Assembly (NCBI GenBank): GCA_028534125.1
Contig: CM052818.1
Location: 40,984,001 to 41,048,000, forward strand
Direction: 5' to 3'
Source of the DNA: Lama glama
Lineage: Eukaryota
Length of the DNA stretch: 64,000 nt
Positions 12,666 through 25,829 of this stretch are shown here, in pieces (within the stretch, counting starts at the first letter, position 1; each line of letters begins with the position of its first letter). Under the pieces are notes generated by a model. The model did not search any database, was not told the origin of the DNA, and saw only the letters and a list, made by a program, of their open reading frames with translations. Made by a program: the position numbers and the translations under genes.

Positions 12666-13729
12666 ATTATTATCCTCATCATGGGACCCAGCAAACTGGG
12701 CTGCTCCAGAAGACAGAGAGCCCAACACTTCAGGATTCAGGCCTAGACATCTCGGCATCACGCTAACCTACACCAGGCCTGGTTTGCATAAACAGAAGGA
12801 CACAAATGGTGAAATACGGGGACTCTTACTGTGGTCCTATTTGCTCTCCTTCCTGTAAGTAACAGTGCTTCATATCCAACCCGACAGAGGAAAGTCATCT
12901 GAGGACCCCACAGCCCTGACGAAGCGTCAACTGTCGAGTCAAGTTTCCATCCAACTCCTCGTTCACCCACTGAACAGAAGTGTGAGCTGATGAATAGCTG
13001 GTAACCTTTCACCTGGGAGTGTTTCAAGCAGCCGCCCAACTCCTTTTCTGCATCTTATTTTTACTTCCCTGTGCGTCTTGACTCTGACCATTCTATGTGT
13101 TTCTGAGCATCAATTTCTATGAAAGGAAATGGGCCGTCTTTGGCTGTGTCAGAATCTCACTTAGCACTGTGAGGTCACAGAGGAAATGCTTTCATTAATA
13201 ATCACCACCTTCTGTCCAACAGATTGTGTTCCAGGTTGTGCTGCCAAGTCCCAGTGGGGAGGAAGCCTGGCCCTATCTCAAAGCAGCAGGGAGCTGTGAG
13301 AGAGGAGTGCAGACGTCACCTGGACACCCCATCACAGGGCCAGGAGCAGCCCTGAGTGTCAGTGGTGCGAGCCCTCTCCTCGCCCTCAGAGTAAGGACTT
13401 GGATACCTCAAGGGGCGAGTAATACATCCAAGTACCTACCAGTAAGAAGACTCAAGTCTTCTGACTCTTAGGCTGGTGGTCTTCCCCTCTGAGAGCCATT
13501 TGCTCTTGCCATGTTCCCCAATTATTATCTCTACGGTAATTCTAAAAGGTACTTTAACTCATGTTGGTGGGCCTTAAGTACAGAGAACTTTGAATTTCTC
13601 AGATAAAGGTAACTTTATAGAAGTAAAATGTTCTATTTGAAGGAAGTATGATGCTAAATTATGACTTATTCACTTATTTAATAAACTTTTGCTCAATATT
13701 ATCATATGTTGCAAAGATAAATATGGTTC

Positions 13730-14665
13730 CCAAATTCCTCTCTAGTGTAAGCTCTTCCTGAATATAGAGAATACATCCATCTACCTGCTAGACATTTCTA
13801 CCTCCATATCCTACAACCGTATCAAACTCAACGTATATTCCTGTGCTCCTCTCTGGGGAAATGGCCCCACCACCAGCCCCGGCTCCCACATAGAGCCTGG
13901 GGGTTATCCAGGACTCTGTCCTCTTCTTCATAATCTTGTATCTAATCAGTCACAGAGTTAACTAGATTCTACTTCCAACTCGCTCTCAAATTCCATCTAC
14001 TTCTTTCTGTTGCCACTACTTTAGTTCAGATATGATCATCTCTCACTTTGATTATTACAATAGCTTCCTAACGTGCTTCCCCCTCTACGATGTTGCCCCC
14101 CCCGAAATCCATCTTCCACACCATAACCAAAATGACCTTTCTAAAACACAAAACTCAATCACATCACTGCCCTGCCCAATCCCTCGATGGCCTCCCATGA
14201 CCCTTACTCTGAAGCCAATCCTCAGCATGGCTTTCAATACTCACTTACCTGGACCTACTCTGTCCCCCACCTGGGAACCTTGTCTCACACTTCCCCACGC
14301 TCCCACCCTATGCCCCAGCTTCCTGTATCATCCCAAACCTCCCTGGTTGTTTAATAGCTATTCCTTTTCCTTCGAGGGCAGTTCCCATTTGGTCCACTTT
14401 GGTCTTCCAGTAACTCTAATCCACATCCCAGACACAGATGGGGATCATTTTCAGTAACTTTGTTGTCTGGCTTTGTCTTTCTCACCCCAACTCTCGTACA
14501 GACTGCTGTCACCATGATACCTGCCATAGCGTGGTCACCATAAGGCATGTCTGCCATCTCACCAGACCTAGGCTTCCTCAAGGGGAAAGTGACTGTCGTG
14601 TTCACCTTGGCACCCAGTTCAGAGCTTACCACTGAACAGATGCCCAGAAAAAGTTGTTGAATCAA
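13730..14665 (+). mobile_element. L2 LINE fragment
   Basis: Degenerate L2 motifs (ACCTGCTAGACATTTCTACC, ATCATCTCTCACTTTGATTATTACAATAGCTTCCTAAC) ending AGTTGTTGAATCAAT. Approximate. Confidence 0.7.
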
Positions 14666-14869
14666 TTAATTACCCTATGATCTCTGTCAACAATGAGCTA
14701 GAGCTTATCAGCTGAGGGGTAAGAAAGAACCTATAAAACAGAGATCAAAAATGATGGTCCTAAGTGCCATTAGGAAGAGCCCAGCAAAGTGTCGAGAGAG
14801 AGAGACAGCAGGACAGAGAGAGAAAGAGGGTGGGGGGGAACTTCAGGGAACCAGTAACAAAACTACTTT

Positions 14870-15620
14870 AGGAGTTGAAAATGAAAAATTGGGTGGATAA
14901 TTTTTCACAAAGTGGTCATTCAAAATTATCTTAAGGAAATAATCACAAATCTGCAGAGCCATATATACAAGAATGTTTACCCAACGTTGTTTAAACCAAT
15001 TTTAAAAAACCACCTTTCAAAAAAATAACCTAAATGTCCATTTTAGGAAACTAGTTAAATAGATTTTGGTAGAACTACACAATGAAAATGATGAAGCCAT
15101 TAGATCGCATGAATTACTACTGAGTCAATGTCATTTGTTTAAATTAAAACACACAAATACACAAAACAACTGTATTTTCAAGGATAAACATTTACCTGAG
15201 AACATATTATTAAATATAATAGAATGGAGGAGGAGAATGGAAATGAGTGCAGAAAATAAAAATATATATAATTAAACACCAGAGGGGCTTTATATAGACA
15301 ATGATAATAGTGTGCCATGAATGGAGGAATGTGATTAACAGAATTCTGCTCTTGAGGTCCAAAAAAAGGAGAGAAGACATTGTCATAAACTGTTAAGTTA
15401 AAAAACCAAGTCACAAAACAGTGTATGTACAATACCTCGCTTTGCTTTATATGTACACAAGCTCACGTTTGTGCGCACAGAAAGTTCGGGCAGTACGTTA
15501 ATTACATCAAAATCTTAAGAGTGGTTACAATTGCTGGCAGTGTAACAGTAATATTTCACTCCTCAATATCTTTCTGAACTTTTTAAAACGTGCACATATA
15601 ACATTTATAATCAGAAAAAA
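14870..15620 (+). mobile_element. Old L1M 3' fragments
   Basis: A-rich sequence with L1M motifs (ATACAAGAATGTTTAC, AACCTAAATGTCCA). Approximate. Confidence 0.55.
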
Positions 15621-15976
15621 TGTACATAAATAATTTCAACAAACAAAATAATTTTGTTCACAAAATAATCAGTCTCAGGAATCTTGGAAAGAGAACTTCG
15701 GTGGTGCTTTCTAGTAAAGTCATTCCCTTTTCAAACAATTAATTCACAGCAAATTTTCAGGGTTCACTTGCAGGTCAAAGAGTTTTAGTTCTGAAGCCCA
15801 TCCTGGTTAGCTCTGGGTGAAGCGATGATGACAGAGGAGAAGCTCCGGAGAATCTGGAGTCTGTCACCTCCTCACCCCCCTAGAGAAGCAGTGACAGGTT
15901 GACACAGTGTTTGGAGGGGAACCCTGTGTGTCAAAGTCCCTGACTCCCAGGCTGATTATTTTTAACAAACAGCAGA

Positions 15977-16379
15977 CATAGGAGAATCTCCAAAAACTGA
16001 GTAGAAGTTACCGTTCTGAAACAGACATCTCTATTTATGAAGGCAATCTCCATTTGTAAGGGTGTCTCCCTCTCTGTACAGAAGGCAACTGACGAATCTG
16101 CATAACAATCATGCCCTTGTTTAATGTGCTTTGCCCGACAGCCTCCCTTAACTGACTTTCCTGGTCACCAACATCTTTTATCTTTAGCTTGACATGGTAT
16201 TTAGGGTGGTGGCATAAATCTCAGAAGTTACCCAGTTTTCTTGGTTATTTCCCTTGTATAAGGAGATATACATGCTATTAAACTTGTTTGTTTTTCTCCA
16301 GTTAATCTGTCTTTTATTATAGGAGGTTCTTAACCAGGAACCTAGAGAACAGAGGGAAAATTATTCTTCTTTCCTTACA
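15977..16379 (+). mobile_element. ERV1-class LTR (MER31/MER34-like)
   Basis: Ends ATTAAACTTG...GAGGGAAAATTATTCTTCTTTCCTTACA, typical of this LTR group. Left boundary uncertain and no clean TSD. Confidence 0.6.
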
Positions 16380-17694
16380 AAGGCTTTGGAAACAGCAAAA
16401 TCTCCAGAAATGTTTGGGATCAAGCTTTCCTGCCATCTTTCCAGGAAATACAGAAATGGTGATTTTCCTGAAGGTAAGAACCACCATCCTGGGTTCTCAA
16501 CCTGGAACTTCTGACCATGAAACCACTGACATCCTCAGGAAACATTTCCCAAGGCCCTCCCAAATGGCCTGTGTGGGTTTTCTGTGCTTTGATAGGATAA
16601 CATGACCATGCCTTTTCCTAAAACACCAGATCTAGGTTTCAGTCCCAACTCTGCCAGTGTTTTCCTTTGTGACCATAGCAAAAGTTAGCTTCCTCTTTGA
16701 GCTTCCATCTTCTCATCTCCAAAAGTTCTATGAAAGCTTCCGCCTCACCGAATTCACTGAGTCATTGTAAGGGACAAACCACAGAGGCAGTATGTAAATT
16801 GTAAAATTGTTTCTAGCTCTTAAGCTAGTGCACTTTCTAGGAAACTTCTGGAAAGATAACAAGACGCAGATATACAGAAAGAAGTCAGCTGTGTTAGGCA
16901 GGAATGAGGGGAGGGAGTAAACTGCACATCCCAGGAATGATGGAGCAAAGACACCTGTTGAGCAGCCAACAGAAGCTTCCCAAGCAGCTAGAGGAAGAGG
17001 AGACAACCGCATGCCCCTTCTTGGAGCTTTGGGAGGTGGATGGAAAGAGCACATTTACCAAAAACTGCTGGAGGAGAGCTGACCCTCTCCATTGAGGTTC
17101 CTGTCTTTGATGTGTCTCCAGCTCTGAATTATGCTCACTCCGACCTTGTTGGGTCTTTGTGAGGTATCCAGTAAGGCTGGAACAAAGCGTTTTGTTGTGG
17201 TGCATGAAAAATGTCTTGGCTAAAAGGGACAATGCCAAGGCTGAGAGGGCTAAAATTAGACCTTCCGTTCTGTTTGACTTGGCAGTTGTGTGCACAGGCT
17301 GCTAACATGGCATCCTCTACCCACCTCCCTCCCGGCCGTGGGCCTTCTGAGAGCACAGGTACCATGTGCTAAAGGAGAGGAAGTGCTGCTTCCTCTGGCA
17401 CCCTGTGGGGATGACAAATGCTTCTGGGCCTATGTCCCTGCCACTTGGAGCAGTAGGTTGAGTTTGAAGGGATATGTTTCTCCATCAGCTAATTTGTAGA
17501 TTAAGATAAAACTGTATCTCTCCTTCCCATTAATCTAACGCCCTTCCATGTTGAAATCAAAAGGAAATCTCAATACAATTATATATTTGAACCTTACATT
17601 TACCTTTACTTAAGAATTTACAGCTTCACTTATGTAACTACTGAAGAACCCAAAGAACCAGTTACTTACATCATGCTGTGCAGTAGGGTCACCT

Positions 17695-18100
17695 ACAGGA
17701 AAGAGCAAGGGCTTCGGAGTTAGATGAGTTGAGATCCCCAACTCCAGTGCTTGTATTAGCTGGTGCCTTTAGGAAAGTTACTGGACCTTTCTTATCCTAT
17801 TCATTCAACTTTAAATTGCCTTATGTTAATCACTACCTCAAAATGTCAAATGAAATAATAAACCTATAGAGGGATAGTTTAGCAGTAATAATCACGGCTT
17901 ATCAAGTACTTACCATGTGTTCATGGATTTTCTTTACAATAACTTAATGAAGTAGATACCACGTATGTCTTCATTTTATAGTCAAGGAAAATAAAGCTTA
18001 GAGAATTTAAGAAACTTGCCCAAGGCCACACAGTAAGAAAATGGTGCAGTTGGGATTTGAACCCTGGAAGGCTCTTACCCACTATTAGCTATTCTGCCTT
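17695..18100. mobile_element. Two adjacent MIR SINEs in opposite orientation
   Basis: Plus-strand MIR at about 17695-17860 and minus-strand MIR at about 17885-18100 (AAACTTGCCCAAGGCCACACAG...GGGATTTGAACCC). Confidence 0.65.
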
Positions 18101-20259
18101 ATTAAAGGAGATGAGAAACAAGAAAGTGCTTTCTAGGGTAAAAACTGTTATTTCAAAGTAGGGGTACATCATTCTCCTTCCTTGCCCGGGTGCTGCCCTG
18201 ATCTATGCATTTCTTTACCCAGGTGGGGCAACTTAAGGGTCCTTTGAGTCTTGGTCAGTTATCACCCAGTTGTTGGCTTCTGGCCCCCAGAGGGTTGGGG
18301 AGGGGGCTGGTTGCTAAATACAAAAGCAGCAATCGAAAGACCTGGGAAAGTTTAAGCTGAAGAAGCAAAGATTCAAGAGAGGAAATGTGAGCTCTCCTCA
18401 AATAAGTGAAGGATTTACTGGCACAAAAATAGACTTATAGATCAGCATAACAGAATGGAGAGTCTAGAAATAGATTTAGCTATACATAATTACTTAATGT
18501 ATGATCAAGGAAGCTTTTCAGAACAAGAGGGAAGGGAATGTAATTTTGTAAGTGATGCCATCATCACCACTTGATAGCAATTTGGTGAAAAAGGTAAGTC
18601 AGAACCACACCATAAATATCTTTTAAAAAATCATTAACATTTGGAATAAACAGTTAATATAAAATTAAGTCAAAGAAAACTATCAGAAACTGAAAATATG
18701 CCAGACAAAAAGTTAATCACTATTATATGATACATAGAGCTTTACGTATAAAGCAAATTCCAATAATCGAGGAAATCATTACCATCAGATGAGAGGAGTG
18801 ATTAGAACGTGAACAGATATTCATGCCAGAGTAAACACAAATACTAAATAAACCCAGAGAAAACATATTTAACCTACATAAGAAGGTTAAATTAGAGTTT
18901 CTAAATATAAAAGCAGTGTCAAAAACTAAAAGATAAGATTGGTGGATTTAACTAAATAAACTCAAAGTTTAGGGAGTCTAAAAACACCAGGAAAAAAGGG
19001 CAAATATCAAAATGGGAAAAATATGCTACATAAATGTCTTTTACAGATTAAAGGTGCTGGAAAATAAATGGGAAGAGAATATGACAGAAAGTTGGGTAAC
19101 AAACATGAACTGAACATGAACAAGAGATGAAATATCAATGGCCAATTTCAATCTTTCAAATAATCAAACATTACCATGTTTACATGTTGGTACAACCCAT
19201 TGGAAAATATCAGAAATCAGGAAGCATTAAATATCAACAGTTTTGATCCTGAAAAAACGAAGTCAGTTGTTTTCCTATCTTCCTCCTTATTAATAAAATG
19301 TGCAGACAAAAGGATGGGAAACAATGAGGAAAAAATTTTAAAAATAGAGAATATTCCAGTAAAACCAACATATTACTAATATGGGTATCAGAAAGAGTGA
19401 GAAGAGAAAACATTGAGGGGGATTATCAAAGAAATTATCAAAAGTAATTTGTTTATTATTGATTTATAAAGTGTTAGAGTTGATTAAAAAATACAGACTA
19501 TGATGCAGAAACCTTGCTATGTATCAGGATATGGCGATGAATAAGAAGCTGCCTGCTTCCTACAGAAACTGATGACCCAACGGGAGAGACAAGTAATATG
19601 TGAAACATTTAATTACAATTTATAATATGGAGTGATAAGCACATTTCTATAATGTACCAGATTCTATGGTAGTACATTAATATCAGTGGTGAGAGATTTC
19701 CTATACATTACCATTTTAACTGACATTAAAATATGAGAGCTTGAAAAGCTTTGTAAAGTCTAATTAATCTTCCCATTTATAAAGCTGAGGAGGCTGAGAT
19801 CCCGAAGGAGTAAATAAATAGATTCTAGTTTAGATAATGGTTTTCTTTTCCAGATGAGAAACTGAGGCCTAGAGAAGACACAAGCTTTTTCTAAGAGTGT
19901 AGAGAATATCTACGGAAGATGTAATTCCAGAGCCTAATCCCCTGATTACAAATCTAATGTTCTCTTCAAATGCAATTTTCACTCAGAATCCAACAACAAA
20001 AACACCAAGCAGGTGACAGAAGAAATGAGCTACTTATCTTCCAGAGAAGCATAAGGCAATGGAGGACAGAGTGGGCAGGACTTCATCTCTGTCTCAACAA
20101 TTCAGGGAAACGCCATGAGTCTGCAAGCCCAAGTAAGACACTGAGACGCCTGCATTATGCTTCACCATTCCTTCTGCCCTATCAAGTTCCCATTAGTCTG
20201 AAATTCTGTCAAAAGTATATTCAATAAAATTGTTAGGATAATGTAGTCTAAAGGACAAA

Positions 20260-21400
20260 AATAAAATTACATCCCAACCACACACCAATCACAAAATTGT
20301 ATTTCAGATGGATTAAAACCCAAGCTAAGCAAAATACGCACAGATCATGGTTAAAGACTGATAAATATGACTATCTCAAAGTGAGTAACTATTTTTAACA
20401 ACCACGAATAAAGTTAAGTAAGTGACAGGCAAGGAGAAGATATTTGCAATGTGCAGTCAAATGCTATACCACTGAGCTACACCCCGTGCAATGTATATAA
20501 CCCAGGAGTTGTATTCAGATTATATAAAGAATTCCAAATAATGAATGAGAAAAAGATAAAACAATCCTATTGAAAACAGGTAAAGCATATGAATAGATAA
20601 TTTACAGAGAAGAAACATACATGGCCAATAAACAGTAAGAAAATGGAAAATTACAAAGGACCGTTTTTTATAATAAGTTTGATAAAAATATTTTTTTAAT
20701 ATGTTGATATCAAGTGTTTTTAAGGATGTAGAAAAACTATGAACTCTTTCTAACGTATTGCTGGTGGGACTATTAACTGGTACATCTTCTTTGGAGAACA
20801 ATTTGACAATATCTAATACAGCAGAAGATATATAGAGAACATGACCCAGCAATTCCATTTTGACATGTATATCCTAGAGAAACTCACACAGATACACAAG
20901 AAGACATGTGAACAAGATGTATACTACAAATTTTTAATAGCAAATTAAAACAAAAAGGGACAACAACCTAAATGTTCATCAAACAGGAAATGAGTAATTA
21001 ATTTGAAGTATAGTCACATGATGAAATACTATACAGTAGTAAAAATGAACGAATAAAAAGAGTGATCTAAAAACATTTTTGAAAGAAGTGAGCTGGAGAA
21101 TGACACATATAGTACGATGTCATCTGCTTAAATATCAAAGAGCCAAAATGATACTACAGAGATATACATACTTAGTTAAAAGAAGAAATATATTCATGAA
21201 GAAAACGCATTCCAAGTTCAACAGAATTATTTTTCTGAGCAAGAAGAGAGGTGAGTGGGATTGAGAAGAAAAGTGATGATAATTTCAAAATATGGAAGGC
21301 ATTAATATTTGCAAATTCTAGGTAGTAGGTCAATGAATGTTTATTATTACTATTCCCTGAACTTTTCTATATATTTGAAATTTTTACAATAAAAAATTAA
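20260..21400 (+). mobile_element. Old L1M ORF2 3' end and 3' UTR remnant
   Basis: L1 motifs GGAGAAGATATTTGCAA, TTGCTGGTGGGA, GACCCAGCAATTCCA, CAACCTAAATGTTCATCA. No intact ORF. Confidence 0.75.
20452..20486 (-). pseudogene. Tailless retrocopy of the 5' half of tRNA-Cys(GCA)
   Basis: Minus strand CGGGGTGTAGCTCAGTGGTATAGCATTTGACTGCA matches the tRNA-Cys 5' half through the GCA anticodon. Flanked by direct repeat TGCAATGT (20445-20452, 20487-20494). Confidence 0.85.
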
Positions 21401-24400
21401 TAAATTTTCTCTTAAAGCATTTTGTAACTCAGATTTCTCTCTAATCCCAACTGTCTTTTTCCTAGGTACTTTCCATTGCTGAAGATTAACTAATCAAGTA
21501 GCTTGGGTGCCATTATAATTTTGGATAATAATGTTTTCTTCCAGCCCTTATACAGAGTAATCATGTTCACTTCAAAGAAAACATGTGGTGGCATACTACT
21601 GAGGAGACAATTGTGCCAGACGCTAAGAATTTTCCTGAATAATTTAAAGCATGTCCATTTTACGTTTAGGAAAAAATACATTTCTCTTATTCTCTGTTGG
21701 TAATTCTCAAGTGATTTCATTTTTGTGATATACAAATTTGGTATCACAAAGTAAAGTGGAATTTTCAAGCTCGTTTTCATGGTCTTAATGACTGCTTTGT
21801 TGGTGCAAAATTGCATCTGCAGTTAACACTTTCAAGGTTGTTTTTGAGGACTGCAATTACTTGTTTACTTGCCTGACTCTACTAGACTCACGGAACACTT
21901 TGGAGATGGGGACCCTGTATTGCTCATCAACATCTTTACTACACGGACATTCAGTGAGTGTTCTTAAAGTGATCTTATAAAATTTCAGTTTTCATCTGTG
22001 AATGGAGATATTAGACACAATAATTAAACAAAATCTTTGCAAGGCATCTTGAGAGATTCTGATTTTGAGTTCTGAATCAATAAAGTTGGTATGACAGTAA
22101 CTCTTTGAGTCATCCGGTTTCCTGCCACTGTACTGAGCACATAAAATGAGTATGTAGTTGCTTGTGGTTACTGTTGTTTTTCCAGAACTGTAAGCATGAG
22201 AATTGGGATAATCTTGTGAAGGTCAGTCTGAACAGCCTCATGGAATGGTGTAATGAAGTCCACTTAGTGCTAAATATGCTTTTCATTGCCAGAATGAAGC
22301 ACATTCCTTGGCCAACAATCTAGATATATTTTCTTTCAGCTTATAGGCTCTGGAAGCAAATTTTGAGTCAGAATGACTCAAGGATGGTACAGAGGAGGTT
22401 GCCAGGCCATATAGAAAACTATTTAACAACCAGCAGTGTGAGATAGAACAAATCAGAAGAAAGTTTTTGCTTTCCTTTGTTAAAATCTCTCTTTTTAAAT
22501 TCATTTTTTTCTGTTTTATTTTATTGTACTTGATGCATTTCCTAAACCTAACTGAAATCCTTTCTGAAGCATGAAGAAGACTAGATAAAAGAAAACAGAA
22601 GAGTATGACTCCAGAAAAACACGTGATATAGTTAAAAGAATTGGTTTCTAAAAGGAATACTTAGAAGAGGGTAAATTTTATCTACATCACAACTAGGTAA
22701 AAAAGTAGGCATATAGAAAACAGACCAGAAAGAAATATGTCAAGTAATCACAATAATTAACTTTGAATATTTGGATGATGACAAATTTCTTTCTACTGTA
22801 GTATTTTTCAGATTCTTTTTCATTGTCAAATATTACCTTCATAATGAAACTGTACCTTATTTTTAAAGGACTCAGACGTTTAGATAGTACACAGGCAATT
22901 CTCAAATGTTTAGCAATTATTTATTTAACATCTTAAGAGCTGTCTTACCTGATCTAAACTTAACCAAGTTGACTGATGAACCAATGTTCTCCCCAGAACG
23001 AAGCTTATAGTACGGACTGATGCCAGGCACAGCTAAACACTCCTGGCTTGAATGAGTCTGCAAATAGCTCAAGTTCTGAAGTAAAACAGGCTGGATCCGC
23101 TGGATGACCAAGCACATTGTTTACTCCCTCAAAGCCCCACTGTCTTCTTCTGTTAAACAGAGAAATATTATAAACCTGCTGGTCTTGCTCTGAAGATAAT
23201 TTATTGTGTTATTGATGTATGTGAAGTGCCTGAATTCCCTTTGTCATGTCGTTCCCTTCCCCTTCATCTCACCTTCCTGGTTATTCCCTACCAGATCTAC
23301 TGGACACATCAGTTATTAATACGTACCATCCCTTCTTTTAGCTGAGATGGTCTTGTCCATACTTCACGTTCAGGGAAGTATTGTTAAGCTGTTATTAGGT
23401 AGAAATGACCTAAAAATCCAATAAAAGTTGGCACGGCACAGGCCAGCCAATGAGGTTAGATGGTGGGAAGGGCTCTGCAAATAGAGATAAAAGTAATCAG
23501 ACTTGCCCTTTCAGGGATCTGGAATGGAAGGCAGATGGTACTGGATCCTTCATCAATACTGACTGCAAAGCTAACTGCAGAAAGAGAAGCTGAGATGCTA
23601 TGTATAGAGAGAGGAACATCTTGGATTCCACAAGACCAAGAAAAGAAAGCAGCAGCAAATCCCAAGAGTTGTGCTGGTTCCTGATGTCTCCTTAGGTCTA
23701 GTTCTGATGTTTATCCTTAAAATAAGTCTTCCTCATATAATCAATCATGTTCAGAGGCAGATAAAACTGCCTTAATGCAAGGTGTGCCCTTCTGGGGAAA
23801 GACTAGGTTCTAAACCTCAGGCCCAGTTTATTCTGGAGCAGAGCAAATACCTGCCTACATAATCCCATGGCCCTGTCTAAATGCCATCATGAGGGAGCAA
23901 AAATGTATTCTTTGATTTCTAAAGAATGTGCAGTTCTTAAAGAGATCATGTACACAGTAGCTTCGCTTCTTATTTGAAACAAAAACATTTATGATTATCT
24001 GAAAGATAAAATTTTGCCTGTGCATTGCTGGGTGAAGTCTTCAACTGGGAAAATCCACTCAATTATTGCCAGGGGTCTATGAATACATTTGAACACTAAA
24101 CGGAATAGTGTATCTTCCACATATCAATGCATTATTTTTCAAATATATGTCAGTGTTACTGCCACTGATAATAAATGCATTTGAAGCACTGCTGAATTTA
24201 TTGTAGCTATTTGTCACTCTGTGCCCTTTCAATCAACTGATAGTGAAATCACAATTACTTATCTTGGGAGTGTGGAAAAGTGTTGGTATAAAGAAGTCCT
24301 AGAAGTATAAAGTAGTGCTGGAAAAGATTTAGAACACCTGACACAAACTGTAGCCCTGAGGAAACCTCAATAGATTTGAACTGAACCTCAACAGAATGGA

Positions 24401-24407
24401 GTATTAG

Positions 24408-24587
24408 GGGGAAGGTATAATTCAAGTGGTAGAGTGCATGTTTAGCCTGCACGGGGTCCTGGTTTCAATCCCCAGTACCTCCTCTAAAAATAGTAAGTAA
24501 ACCTAATTACCTCCCCCCGAACAACAACAACAACAAAAACCCTAAAAATAAAATAAAATTTTTAAAAAAACTAATAATAATAAAAAA
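24408..24587 (+). mobile_element. tRNA-derived SINE, Vic-1-like (camelid)
   Basis: GGGG...A-box (CAAGTGGTAGAG) and B-box (GGTTTCAATCCCC), body AACCTAATTACCTCCCCCC, A-rich tail. TSD AATGGAGTATTAG (24395-24407) / AATGGAATATTAG (24588-24600). Confidence 0.85.
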
Positions 24588-24789
24588 AATGGAATATTAG
24601 TTCAAAGGCTAGGAGTACTGAAGACCCTCATCGCTGGGTTAGTGTTTGGTGTGAGTCACATTTTTTATACTATACATATTTAGAACAATATAAAGGGAGT
24701 CATCTTCTCTGTTAACTTCTGGGCTGTATTATTAAGAGTCACACAAAGAGTAGATACTTGACATTGGTTTTCTGTCTGAAGAATTATAT

Positions 24790-25590
24790 CACCCAACCCA
24801 GTGGTCCACAAACCCAGTATCCTTCTCTCTCTCTCCCACTCTTTTCACAAATACAGTTATGCTCCTGTATGATCTGCCTCCTAAATATCTCCCAAATATG
24901 TACAAGTCTCTGAATCCGTGCTGCACCATTCTAGCCCAAGACAATATCACGTCTCATATGGATGATTACAGCTGCCTCCAATCTTCTCTGTTTCCATCTA
25001 ACTCCTCCTAATTTGTTGTCCAGAAGGATCTTTTGAAAATGCAAGTCTGATCAAGTCACTTCCTTTTAAAAACTTCCCATAGCTTCCTGTTGCTTTTAGG
25101 ATCCAGTAAAATAAAACAAAACAAAAAATCCTTAACACTCCTTGTAAGATTCATCACAATGTAAAGCCTGGCTGCTTGCTACCTAACTCTTCAGCCTCAT
25201 CTGATGCCACTCTTTCAAGACCCTTTTTAAGCTCCAGTTTCTCACCAGATTCACTATCACATCCGGCTCTTTGTACATGCTATTACCTGTGTTGGGAGCA
25301 TTCTTTCTGTGCCTCTCTTCACCTGGCCGACTCCCACTCCTACTGCAGATCTCAGCATAAATCTCACTTTGTCTCTGTCCTGAATTTCTCAGATTGCTAG
25401 ATCCCTTGTTATACATGCCCACAGGAGCATAATCTTCCCCTTTATTCAAGCTGATCAATCTTTAATAATCTGTTTTGTTTTCCCTACCATAAGTTCCATG
25501 AAAGAGACCATTTTCTTTTTGCTCCTAAAATTCTCCATTACAGGCTTGGCACATAATAAGCACTCAATTAGTCTCTTAAACTGGATTAAC
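24790..25590 (+). mobile_element. L2 LINE fragment
   Basis: L2 motifs (GATCTTTTGAAAATGCAAGTCTGATCA; GGCACATAATAAGCACTCAAT end). Approximate. Confidence 0.7.
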
Positions 25591-25829
25591 AAACTGTCTG
25601 TTGAACTGCAGTTAACCATCATACTTTCTTCTTCTTTTGAGGCCCAAAGAGGCAATTTAAGAAATCTATTGAAAAAAAATCTGCTCTTTCACATCCAGAC
25701 TTTCTTAGTATACAGTCTACCTCCTTGTAGGGTTTCTAATCCCATTCTACCTTGAATGTTGGTTGTAATTTGACTCTCAACCATGAATCAGGTATTAAGG
25801 TCCAAATAGTAAAGAAACTTGTCTTCTAA

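Noticed and set aside
24408..24482. Possible tRNA-Ala gene (also 36071-36145)
   Set aside because: Continues into a shared SINE body and A-rich tail, the first copy has a TSD, and the cloverleaf is degenerate. It is a SINE head.
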